From Thermoanaerobaculia bacterium (GTDB taxonomy: Bacteria; Acidobacteriota; Thermoanaerobaculia; Multivoradales; JAGPDF01): DNA of 64,000 bases. The notes under the pieces are model-generated. The model did no database searches and had not been told where the DNA came from. It saw only the letters and a program-made list of their open reading frames with translations. Position 1 is the first letter of the stretch, and the number at the start of each line of letters is the position of its first letter. Shown here piece by piece: positions 18,199 to 30,971 of the stretch. The stretch spans positions 1,048,695 to 1,112,694 of the forward strand of contig OY969426.1 in NCBI GenBank assembly GCA_963699245.1, in the 5' to 3' direction. The translations under genes were made by a program, and so were the position numbers.

Positions 18199-19422
18199 TT
18201 GCCGACTCGAACAGCGGTTCCGGAGCTCGACGGGGGCCGTGGCGGGCGCGCCACGCGCCGCGTCTCGACGCTCCTCGACGCAGCGATCCTCGCTCTCGCG
18301 GTGGCCGCTCCCATCTGGCTCGGCTACCAGCTCTGGCGGCTCCTCTTCCAGACCGGCTTCTGGGGCGCCGTCGATCTCTCGACCTACCACCGTCTGGTCG
18401 GCGACTGGTTCGCCGGCCGCCCCGTGTACGCCGATCGGACGGCGATCCATCCGCCCGCTACCTATCTCTTCCTGTGGCCGTTCGTCGGCTGGTTGCCGTT
18501 CGAGGCCGCGCGCTGGCTCTGGGCGATCGTCCAGACCGCGTCGATGATCCTGGCGATCCGCGCCGGCCTGCGATGGTCCGGAGCGACATCGCGGCGGGAA
18601 CAATTGCTGGTCGCGCTGCTCTTCCTCGGGACCTACCCGGCGGGGGCGAACGTCGGCAATGGCCAGATCGGAATCCCCCTGCTCGCCGCCCTGCTCGCGC
18701 TGGCCTTGCGCCTCGAAGCGCGCCACGGACGCCGCGACGACCTCGCGGTGGCGCTGCTGCTCTGCGTCACGCTGGTCAAGCCGACGATCAGCGCGCCGAT
18801 CTTCCTGCTCGTTCTCCTGCGCCCCGCGGGATTTCTGCCGGCAGTGCTGGCGGCGGCGGGCTACCTGGCGGCGACGCTGGCGGCGATCGCCTTCCGCGCC
18901 GAGAGCGCGGTCGCGCTCTTTCGCGCCTGGCTCGGCGGCGCCGGCTTCAATCAGCTGGGCACCGCGAATCTGCACGCGGCGCTGACCAGGGCCGGACTCG
19001 GCGCCGCGGCGCCGTGGGCGAGCCTGGCGGTCCTCGCGCTGCTCGGCCTCTGGCTGGCGCGCCATCGCCGGAGCCCGGTCGATGTCTCCTTCGCGATCGC
19101 CGCGATCGTCGCCCGGCTCTTCACCTACCATCGCTGGTACGACGACGTCCTGCTCCTCCTTCCTCTGCTGGTCCTCTTCCGCCTGGCCAGCCGGGATCCG
19201 GCTTCCGATCGGCGGCTCCACGCGGGCGTCCTGTTCGGATCCGGACTCGTCCTTCTGCTGGCCCCCGGCGGGCTCTACCTCCTGCCGGCGCCGTGGAACG
19301 GCGACTTCGTCACGCTGCAGGTGATCCAGTGGCTGGCGATGCTCGTCTACCTCGGCGTGCACGCCGAACGCCAGCGCGGCCGCGGCGGCGATCCCTCCCG
19401 GCTTCTACCGTCGACTGCGTGA
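18199..19422 (+). CDS. polytopic membrane glycosyltransferase, GT87/DUF2029-like
   Basis: This is multi-TM sequence with a DUF2029-like N-terminal region (DLSTYHRLVGDWFAGRPVYADRTAIHPPATYLFLWPF). The track ORF starts inside the tRNA. The best start is TTG at 18199, 6 nt after GAGGAG. GTG at 18301 is an alternative. Confidence 0.7.
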   Translation: MPTRTAVPELDGGRGGRATRRVSTLLDAAILALAVAAPIWLGYQLWRLLFQTGFWGAVDLSTYHRLVGDWFAGRPVYADRTAIHPPATYLFLWPFVGWLPFEAARWLWAIVQTASMILAIRAGLRWSGATSRREQLLVALLFLGTYPAGANVGNGQIGIPLLAALLALALRLEARHGRRDDLAVALLLCVTLVKPTISAPIFLLVLLRPAGFLPAVLAAAGYLAATLAAIAFRAESAVALFRAWLGGAGFNQLGTANLHAALTRAGLGAAAPWASLAVLALLGLWLARHRRSPVDVSFAIAAIVARLFTYHRWYDDVLLLLPLLVLFRLASRDPASDRRLHAGVLFGSGLVLLLAPGGLYLLPAPWNGDFVTLQVIQWLAMLVYLGVHAERQRGRGGDPSRLLPSTA

Positions 19423-20902
19423 CCGAACGGCGAACATCGACCCGGAGCCGTCCCGCGCCCGCCGATACCATTCGCGAGCGGTCGCGAGAGCTCCTCGAAC
19501 GCGAGGCGCCGGCGCGCGGCGAGCGCTGGATCGTCGCCTTCTCCGGTGGTCCCGACTCCACGGCGCTCGCCGCCGTGCTGTCACCTCTCGCGGCGGAGCG
19601 TGGCGTCGAGCTCCTTCTCGTTCATGTCGATCACGGGCTCGATCCCGGATCGCGGAAGCGCGCCGAGCGGGCCCGCGCCATCGCCGCCGAGCTGGGCCTT
19701 CCGTTCGAGATGGAACGGATCGACGTGCCCACCCACCGGGAGCGCCACGAGAGCCCGGAGAGCGCCGCCCGGCGCCTGCGCTACGCGGCGCTCGAGCGGC
19801 GGCGGGCGGCGTCCGGCGCCCGGCTCGTCCTCACCGCGCACCATCGCGACGACCAGATCGAGACGCTGCTGCTGCAGCTCGCTCGCGGCGCGCCGCTCGA
19901 GCAGCTCACCGGCATCGCCGCGGTCCGCGGCACGCTGCGCCGCCCGCTGCTCGGCGTGCCGCGCGCGGACCTGCTCGCCGGGCTCTCGGCATGGAGGATC
20001 GCGCCGGTCGAGGATCCGACCAACGCCGATCGTGGTATCCCGCGCAATCGCCTGCGCCACGAGATCCTCCCCCGCCTCCGCGAGCGCGAGCCCGGCCTCG
20101 AGGAGGCGTTGCTCTCTCTTGCCGGCCGGACGCAGGCCCTGCAGGAGAAGTCGGATCTGCTCTTCCGGGAACGACTGAATGACGCCAGAGCCGCCATGGA
20201 AGAGAAGGAGTCCGGCCCGGCCCGGCGCGCTCGGGACCAGGTGCCCGCCGATTGGCTTCTGGAGCTCCCCGAGCCTCTGCAGTTGCCAGCTCTGCGATGG
20301 CTGCTGCACGGGCTGATGGGCGCCTCGCGCCTGCCGTCTCTCCATTCTCTGGAGTCTTTTCTTCGTCAGCTTCGAGGCCAGCTCGCTGCCCGCCTCCGGC
20401 TGCCGGGCGACGCCGCTGAGGAGCTGGTCGCTGCCCGCGGGATGCTCTGTCGCACCCGGCCGAGATCCCGAACCCCCCCGTTCACGTATAGTTTCCTGAT
20501 CCCGGGCGAGGTCGAGCTCCCGGAGCTCGGCCGGCGGCTCCGGATCCGGCGCTCGCGCGTCGAGCCCTGGATGTGGCAGGGCGACCCCGAACGGGCCGCT
20601 CTGGCCGGGGAGGCGGCGCGAGCGACGGTGCGCAACCGGCTGCCCGGAGACAGGTTACGGCCGCTGGGCGCACCGGGGGCGCGGAAGCTGAAAGCGCTCC
20701 TGATCGACCGGCAGGTCCCGCCGGAGAGGCGCGACCGCCTGCCGCTGGTCGAGCTCGACGGCCGGCTGGCCTGGGTGCCGGGAGTCGCCATCGACGACGC
20801 CTTCCGGCTGACGGGCGAGACGGAATGCTGGGTGGCGGAATTGCTGCCGGCCTCTCCGCTGTTGGCGGAGGATGAAGGGCGAAGCGAAAGGACCTCGATT
20901 AC

Positions 20903-20906
<4 letters not shown>
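19419..20906 (+). CDS. tilS: tRNA(Ile)-lysidine synthase
   Basis: GTG at 19419 overlaps the upstream stop (GTGA). The PP-loop is [25 protein letters not shown] and a TilS C-terminal domain-like tail are present. 495 aa. Confidence 0.85.
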
Positions 20907-22851
<1,945 letters not shown>

Positions 22852-22899
22852 AGCGGTCTCTCCGCGCCTGCCTCGGGTAGACTGGGCGCGGAGAGACGA

Positions 22900-23827
22900 T
22901 TGCCCGCCGCCCTCGCGATCCGAGAATATTCGCTCCACTTCCCGCGACGCGGGCCGGCCCGGCTCGTGGCCGGGCAGCCGCTCCTGCTCGGCGTCGTCAA
23001 CGTCACTCCCGATTCCTTCAGCGACGGCGGCCGCTTCCTGTCGCCCGAGCTCGCCGTCGAGCACGCGCTCGCCCTCGCCGGCGAAGGAGCCGACTGGCTC
23101 GACCTCGGCGCCGAGTCGACTCGGCCCGGCGGCGGCGTCTACGGCGCCGGAGCCCGCGAGGTGCCGGCCGGCGAGGAGCTCGACCGCCTGCTGCCCGTCC
23201 TCGAACGGCTTCGCCCGCTGGTCTCGCTGCCGATCTCCGTCGACACCCGCAAGGCCGAGGTGGCGCGCGTCGCGCTCGCCGCCGGCGCCGACCTGATCAA
23301 CGACGTGTCGGCGCTCGGCGATCCCGCGATGGCGGCGGTCGTCGCCGCGGCCGGCTGCCCGGTGATCCTCATGCACAGCCGCGGCGAGCTGCGCTCGATG
23401 CAGCGCGACATCCGCTTCGACGACGTCGTGCGCGAGGTGCGCGACGAGCTCGGCGCGATGCGCGCCCGCGCCGTCGCGGCGGGCATCGCCCGCCGCAGGT
23501 TCTGCTCGATCCCGGGCTCGGCTTCGGCAAGACGGCGGAGCAGAACCTCCGCCTGCTCGCCGCGACCGCCGAGCTCGCTCGACCTCGGCGCGCCGATCGT
23601 CGTCGGCGCGAGCCGCAAGAGCTTCCTCGGCGCGCTGACCGGAGCTCCCGCCCGCCGCGCGGCTGCCGGAGAGCCTCGCCGCGGCCGGGCGAGCCGCCCT
23701 CGGCGGCGCCGCGCTGCTGCGCGTGCACGACGTCGCCGCGACGCGGGCCTTCCTCGCCGCGTGGCGGGCCAGCGACCCCGCAGGGAGCGCCGGCGTGACT
23801 CCGCGCGAGTCTCGTCGAGCCTCCTGA
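22900..23827 (+). pseudogene. folP: dihydropteroate synthase, frame interrupted about three times
   Basis: TTG start at 22900. The N-terminus is [14 protein letters not shown]. The sequence continues as [18 protein letters not shown], then [16 protein letters not shown], then [12 protein letters not shown], in shifting frames. Breaks are near 23493, 23576 and 23655. Confidence 0.85.
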
Positions 23828-24591
23828 CCTGGACGGACCTCGTCGACATCGCGGTCGTCACGATCCTGCTCTACAACTTCCTGCTGCTGATCCGCGGCAC
23901 CCGCGCGGTGCAGATGCTGATCGGGCTGCTCCTGGTGCTCGGCGTCCAGCAGGCGGCCCGCTTCTTCAGCCTGCGCGACGCTCGAGACGATCATCCAGAA
24001 CTTCCTCCTCTTCCTGCCCTTCGCGATCATCGTCCTCTTCCAGCACGAGATCCGCCGCGCGCTCGCCAACATGGGGCGCAATCCGCTCTTCGCCCGCTCG
24101 ACGAGTCCGCAGATCGAGTCCCTGCTCAACGAGGTCGTGCTCGCCGCCGGCGCGCTCTCGGCGCGCAAGGTCGGCGCGCTGATGGTCTTCGAGCGCCAGG
24201 AGGGGCTGCGCAACTACGTCGAGAACGGCATCAAGCTCGACGCCGCGCTCTCTTCGAGCTGCTGGTCAACCTCTTCACTCCCGACACGCCGCTCCACGAC
24301 GGCGCCGTCATCGTGCAGGGCAACCGCCTGCTGGCCGCCGCCTGCTTCCTGCCGCTGGCGACCCAGGCCCAGCTGAGCTCCAGGACCTCGGCTCGCGCCA
24401 CCGCGCGGCGCTCGGCATCAGCGAGGAGACCGACGCCGTCGCGCTGGTCGTCTCGGAGGAGACCGGCGAGATCTCGCTCGCCGACGGCGGCCGGCTCGAG
24501 CGCGGCATCGACGCCGGGGTCGCTCCGCCTGGCGCTCCACCGCCACCTGGTCACGGACCGCCGCGCCATGCCGCATCCGGGGGCCGCGTGA
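23795..24591 (+). pseudogene. cdaA: diadenylate cyclase CdaA (DisA_N domain), frame interrupted about four times
   Basis: Fragments: [86 protein letters not shown] and [32 protein letters not shown]. Breaks are near 23975, 24252, 24380 and 24515. The start is uncertain. Confidence 0.8.
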
Positions 24592-25297
24592 CCGATCGCA
24601 CGAGCCGCTGGGGTCTGCGTCTGCTCGCCTTCGTCGGCGCGCTGGTGATCTGGTGGATCGCGGCGGTCGAAAAGCGCGAGAAGATCACCGAGAAAGTCGT
24701 CGACGCCTCCGTGTCCTACAACTCTGCACGCGGGCTGATCCTTCTCGACCCGATCCAGACCGTGAAGGTCCGCCTGCGCGGACCCGACCGCAGGGTGCGC
24801 GCCATCGCCCCCTTCGAGCTCGACGTGGTGGTCGACGTTCCGGCCAGCGAGCCCGGCACGACGACGGTCCAGCTCTCGGGCGAGAACGTGCTGACGCCCG
24901 AGGAGGTCGAGGTGGTCTCGATCGAGCCGAACTCGCTCGAGATCCGGATGGACCGCGAAGCCAACGCCGTGCTGCCGGTCAAGCCGCGCCTGGTCGGCGA
25001 GCCGGCGGGAGGCGCGGTGCCGGGCCAGCCGCGCGTGATCCCCGGCGTGGCGCGGGTGCGCGGCCCGCGAGCATCGTGGCCGGCCTCGCCGCGGTCTCCA
25101 CCAGTCCGATCTCCCTCGACGGCCACGCGCTCAGCTTCGAGCAGACGGTGAGCGTCGTCTCGCCCGACCCGCTGGTGCGCGTCGTCGAGCCCCCCTTCGT
25201 GACCGTGAGCGTGCCGATGTCGAGCCCGGATGCCACCCCGGCCCCGGAGCCCGCCCGCCCGGGCGCGCGACGGAGCGGCGGCGGCGACCCGCCGTGA
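24588..25297 (+). pseudogene. cdaR: CdaA regulatory protein CdaR (YbbR-like), frame interrupted once
   Basis: GTG at 24588 overlaps the cdaA stop. It has an N-terminal TM and then YbbR-like repeats. The break is near 25070 (VARVRGP | [19 protein letters not shown]). It ends at 25297, overlapping the glmM start. Confidence 0.75.
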
Positions 25298-26628
25298 CCC
25301 GGCTCTTCGGCACCGACGGCATCCGCGCCCGCTTCGGCGACGAGCCGCTCGTCGAGGCGACAGTGCGGCGCATCGGCGCGGCGCTCGGCCGCGAGCTCGG
25401 CGAGGCGAGCGCGGCGCCGCTCGTGCTGCTCGGCGGCGACACCCGGGCCTCTTCGCCGACGCTGCGCCGGTGGATGAGCGAAGGCCTCGCCGCCGCAGGC
25501 GCCCGCCCGCTCGATCTCGGAATGCTGCCGACCGCGGCGGTGGCGCTGCTCGTCCCGCGCCGCGGCGCGGCGGCCGGAGTCGTCCTCTCGGCGAGCCACA
25601 ATCCGGCCGAGGACAACGGCATCAAGCTGATCGACGCGCGCGGCTTCAAGTGGAGCGTCGCCGCGGAGCAGGAGCTCGAGCGGCGGCTCGACGTCGAGCC
25701 CGTGCCGCCGCCCGGCGCCGCTCCGGCGCACGACGAGAGCGCCGCGCGGGAGTTCGAGGACGCTCTCGTCGCCGAGCTCGGCGGCAGCCGGCCGCTCGCC
25801 GGCCTGGCGATCGCCCTCGACTGCGCCAACGGCGCCGCCTCCGCCTTCCTGCCGCTGTTCGAACGCCTCGGGGCCCGCGTCGAGGCGATCTTCGACCGCC
25901 CGGACGGGATCAACATCAATCGCGACTGCGGCGCGATGCACCCGGAGGTCCTGGCGCGCCAGCTCGCCGCCGGCGGCTTCGACCTCGGCTTCGCCTTCGA
26001 CGGCGACGCCGACCGCGCCATCCTGATCGACGAACGCGGCCAGGTTCGCGACGGCGACGCGATGCTCTATCTCTGGGCGACCGACCTCGCGGCGCGCGGC
26101 GAGCTCGTGCCGCGCGCCGTCGTCGCCACTTCGATGGCCAACCTCGGCCTCGAGCGGGCGCTCGCCCGCCACGACATCGCGCTCCATCGCTGCGACGTCG
26201 GCGACCGCGCGGTGGTCGAGACCCTGCAACGGCTCGGCCTGCGCCTCGGCGGCGAGCAGTCGGGGCACCTGGTCGACCTGCGCCGCTCGACGACCGGCGA
26301 CGGCCTGCTCACCGCCGCGATCCTGGCTAACACGGTGGCCCGTGCCGAGCGGCCGGTGAGCGAGCTCCTCGCCCCCTTCCGCCGATACCCGCAGCTCCTG
26401 GTCAATGTCCGGGTGAAGTCCAAGCCGCCGCTCGACTCCCTACCGGAGGTCGCGCGAGCTGCACGCGCCGTCGAGCAGACGCTCGGTGCAGATGGCCGCC
26501 TCGTGCTGCGCTACAGCGGCACCGAGCCGCTCGCCCGCATTATGCTGGAGGGACCCGACGAAGCGACCATCCGCGCCCTCGCCGGCGAGATCGAAGCGGC
26601 GCTCCGCCGCGAGCTTCCGGTGGCATGA
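25294..26628 (+). CDS. glmM: phosphoglucosamine mutase
   Basis: 444 aa and intact. It has LFGTDGIRA, the active-site SASHNPAEDNGIK, and the conserved cdaA-cdaR-glmM gene order. Confidence 0.95.
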   Translation: MTRLFGTDGIRARFGDEPLVEATVRRIGAALGRELGEASAAPLVLLGGDTRASSPTLRRWMSEGLAAAGARPLDLGMLPTAAVALLVPRRGAAAGVVLSASHNPAEDNGIKLIDARGFKWSVAAEQELERRLDVEPVPPPGAAPAHDESAAREFEDALVAELGGSRPLAGLAIALDCANGAASAFLPLFERLGARVEAIFDRPDGININRDCGAMHPEVLARQLAAGGFDLGFAFDGDADRAILIDERGQVRDGDAMLYLWATDLAARGELVPRAVVATSMANLGLERALARHDIALHRCDVGDRAVVETLQRLGLRLGGEQSGHLVDLRRSTTGDGLLTAAILANTVARAERPVSELLAPFRRYPQLLVNVRVKSKPPLDSLPEVARAARAVEQTLGADGRLVLRYSGTEPLARIMLEGPDEATIRALAGEIEAALRRELPVA

Positions 26629-26693
26629 GAAAGCCGTGCGCTACCGCTGGGTGAGCGTCAGAGCGGCGGTTGCGAAGTCTCCCGCGGCAGCCA

Positions 26694-28508
26694 TTAACCG
26701 GGGCCTCCGGTGCAAGCGCGATAAAATGCGTGGCAGAAAGCGGGTGATGGTGGCGTCCAACGGGAGACGCATCGCTCCGGATGTCCCCAGATTTCCTGCT
26801 TCCTATCGCGGGTATGAGGGTAATTGAGAAACGGGACTTGCGCTAGTCGCCCGTCGAGCACCGGGGCGAGGGTCACAATTCGTTCGTAGCGGACCGGAGG
26901 CAAGACCGCTTGCGCCTGCAGCGCCGCAACTCCGTAGGTCCCGGGAGGGAACCATAGCGCTGCGGCTCCGAAGTCCAGAACGCGTACGCCGCCGGGAATC
27001 GCTCGCAACTCCTCGCGGCGCACGCCAAGCAGGCTCGGATCGTCGTAGCGCGCGATCAGGAGCGAGCTGAGTACCTGCTGACTCATTCCCACTTTCCCGA
27101 GAAGCATGAGCGTGGTTGGCCAGCTCGTGTCGACGATGATGAGGGTCCCAGGTGCCAAGGAAGGGCAGGCGACCGCGATCTGCTCGATTCGCGCACTGGT
27201 CTGAGCCCAATCCCGCGCATGTGCCAGCCCCAAGTTCTCGTGAACCCTGCCTCCGGCAACCAGCGCGGTCAAGAGTAGGCCGGAAGCGGTTGCTCGCAGG
27301 GCGAGATGCGTGTCGGCGCCGCACAGCGAAGCGAAAGCGCCGCCAAGGAAGAGGGCAACGGCGAAGATCGCCGGATAATGCAGCCGTGAAGCGACACCAA
27401 TCTCGTCCTCGAAGGCCCCGGGGACGAAGCTGAGTTGTAGCATCCAGAAGAGCGTCAGCGCGGCCCCAGGCACCCAGAGATAGAGACGGGTGCGGCCGCG
27501 CGACCGGGAACTCCTGTCCGGCCGCTGCCCGTCAGGACGCTGCAGGCTCAGCAGATACGCCGCCGCTACCGCCAGTCCGGCCACGACGAGCAGGCGGAAG
27601 GACGTCGGCCGCCAAGCTTCGAGCTCGCGCAATCCCGAGGCCGCCTTCCGCCAGGGCCATAGAAGCGCTTCCGGGGCACGAAGGAGGTTGCCCGCCGCTT
27701 CACGCAGCGAGAGGATCTTGTTCTCGTACCGCAGCACCCCAGCGTCGAACCTAGGGACCACAGCGAGGCGCCACACCAGCACCACCGCGCTGGCACCCGT
27801 CATGGTACCGATCGCACCCCAGGTGCGCCGAGGAGCAGAAGAGCGCCGCGAGACGAGGCCGATCCGCTCGCTGATCAAGGCGGCGAGCGCGAACGCCGGT
27901 GCAGCGAAAACGAAGAACTCGAGCGTCGTGCACGCGGCGAGATGCAGCGCTCCCGCGAGCCAGCAGCTCGCCCTCCGGTTGGATAGCGCCGCCTCCGCGG
28001 CGAGGATAGAGACCGCCGCGGCGGAGGAGTAGTGAATCGTCGAGGGAAAGAACTGCACTAGCGGCGCCAACGGCCACAGCAACACGAAGGCGCCGGCAGC
28101 AATCGCGCCGCCGCGCTCTGCGAAGAAGTGTCGCGAGAATCGAGCGAGCAGCGCAGCGGCGATCGCTGCGAAGGCCGCCGTCAGTATGTGGAGCGGCCCG
28201 ACTCCAGCGAGATAAGCCAGGCGCGCGACGGCGAACACAAGGTAGCCGGCCGGTCGCTCTCCGCCGGCGAGGTATCCCGTGGAATCGTCGAGGACGAAAG
28301 CCAGATTGTTTCCGTTCGCTGCGTGGTGCGCCTGCAGGAACTGCACGAAATCGTCGGCCCACAGCCCCAATCGCGGTGCTAGTGGCAGATTGATCGCCAA
28401 GCCGAGGGTGAACACGATAGCTGGAGCGACCCGGTCGCTCTTCGAGCGGCCTCGGCGCAACGGACCGAGCGCCCTCTCCTCTGGTTCGTTCGGCGCCGCC
28501 TCAGTCAC
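26694..28508 (-). CDS. hypothetical polytopic membrane protein (possibly GT-C-like) in a lower-GC segment
   Basis: About 600 aa. It has 10 or more hydrophobic segments and then a ~170-aa soluble C-terminal region. The N-terminal loop reads [11 protein letters not shown]. Possible starts are GTG at 28508 (8-nt overlap with pdxJ) or ATG at 28547. No family confidently recognised. Confidence 0.6.
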   Translation of the reverse strand: MTEAAPNEPEERALGPLRRGRSKSDRVAPAIVFTLGLAINLPLAPRLGLWADDFVQFLQAHHAANGNNLAFVLDDSTGYLAGGERPAGYLVFAVARLAYLAGVGPLHILTAAFAAIAAALLARFSRHFFAERGGAIAAGAFVLLWPLAPLVQFFPSTIHYSSAAAVSILAAEAALSNRRASCWLAGALHLAACTTLEFFVFAAPAFALAALISERIGLVSRRSSAPRRTWGAIGTMTGASAVVLVWRLAVVPRFDAGVLRYENKILSLREAAGNLLRAPEALLWPWRKAASGLRELEAWRPTSFRLLVVAGLAVAAAYLLSLQRPDGQRPDRSSRSRGRTRLYLWVPGAALTLFWMLQLSFVPGAFEDEIGVASRLHYPAIFAVALFLGGAFASLCGADTHLALRATASGLLLTALVAGGRVHENLGLAHARDWAQTSARIEQIAVACPSLAPGTLIIVDTSWPTTLMLLGKVGMSQQVLSSLLIARYDDPSLLGVRREELRAIPGGVRVLDFGAAALWFPPGTYGVAALQAQAVLPPVRYERIVTLAPVLDGRLAQVPFLNYPHTRDRKQEIWGHPERCVSRWTPPSPAFCHAFYRACTGGPG

Positions 28509-29230
28509 TGTAACCGAGCGCCGCGAGGTAGGTGCGCACCGCCGCATGAAGCCCCATCAGGAGCGCGTCGGATACAAGCGCGTGGCCGATCGAGACCTCG
28601 GCCAGGCCGGGCAGGTTCGCCGCCAGGAACGGCAGGTTGTCGAGATCGAGGTCGTGGCCGGCGTTGACGCCGAGGCCGAGGGAGATCGCTTTCTCGGCCG
28701 CGGCCTTGTAGCCGGTGAAGACGGCCCGGCGCTGAGGCGTCGAGAAGGTCCGCGCGTAGTACTCGGTGTAGAGCTCGACACGGTCGGCGCCGACCCGTGC
28801 CGCTCCCGCGACCTGCTCCGGGTCGGGATCGACGAAGAGCGAGACCCGGCACCCGGCCGCCTGCAGCCGGTCCACCACGCCCGCCAGCCAGCTCACGTCG
28901 GTGCGCTCGAAGCGCCACCCGGCGTTCGAGGTCAGCACGTCGGGGGGATCGGGGACCAGCGTAGCCTGCGCCGGCCGCACCTGCTCGACCATGCGCGATC
29001 CACTCCGGCCCCGGGTAGCCCTCGACGTTGAGCTCGACCGGCAGCCAGGAGGCCAGCTCGACGACGTCGCGGCGGCGGATGTGGCGCTCGTCCGGGCGCG
29101 GGTGCACGGTGATGCCGTGGCAGCCGGCGGCGACGGCGACCTCAGCCGCCTGCCGCACGCTCGGACGGTCGCCGCCGCGGGCGTTGCGCAGCGTCGCGAC
29201 CTTGTTGACGTTGACCGAGAGTCGGATCAC
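28501..29230 (-). pseudogene. pdxJ: pyridoxine 5'-phosphate synthase, frame interrupted once
   Basis: The N-terminal frame from GTG 29230 reads [24 protein letters not shown]...[13 protein letters not shown]. The C-terminal frame (28501..28992) reads [15 protein letters not shown]...[13 protein letters not shown]. The break is near 28993 and is repaired by removing one base. Confidence 0.85.
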
Positions 29231-29234
29231 CGGC

Positions 29235-29450
29235 TCAGCGCTCGATCTCGGTGGCGGCCTCGCTGCTCTCCTCGGCGTCGGTCGAGATGATGACCGTGCG
29301 CGTCACCGGCAGCAGCGTGCGGTGGCGGCGGTCGCCGTACTGCACGTTGACCTCGTAGTAACCGTGCGGCGAGACCCCCAGCAAGCGTGCCTTGGCGCCC
29401 TTGAGGCCCAGCACGTCGCAGTGGACGAGTACTTCGGACGGAATCTCCAT
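29235..29450 (-). CDS. small hypothetical protein (71 aa)
   Basis: ATG at 29450 lies 5 nt after the stop of the sigma54 activator. The stop at 29235 is 4 nt before the pdxJ start. Sequence: [71 protein letters not shown]. No family recognised. Confidence 0.5.
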   Translation of the reverse strand: MEIPSEVLVHCDVLGLKGAKARLLGVSPHGYYEVNVQYGDRRHRTLLPVTRTVIISTDAEESSEAATEIER

Positions 29451-29455
29451 CGCGC

Positions 29456-30880
<1,425 letters not shown>

Positions 30881-30971
30881 GAGAGCGTCATTTTGGCACA
30901 ATCCGGGCCGCCCGACGCTCCCCTGTCGAAGTCGTCTAAGGCATTGACGAAGAAGATCTTGCGGCGACGCT

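Noticed and set aside
30894-30910. TGGCAC hexamer that could be the -24 element of a sigma54 promoter next to the sigma54 activator gene
   Set aside because: The sequence five bases downstream is GGGC rather than TTGC. The element also faces the plus strand, antisense to the DUF4388 gene, so it has no plausible target.
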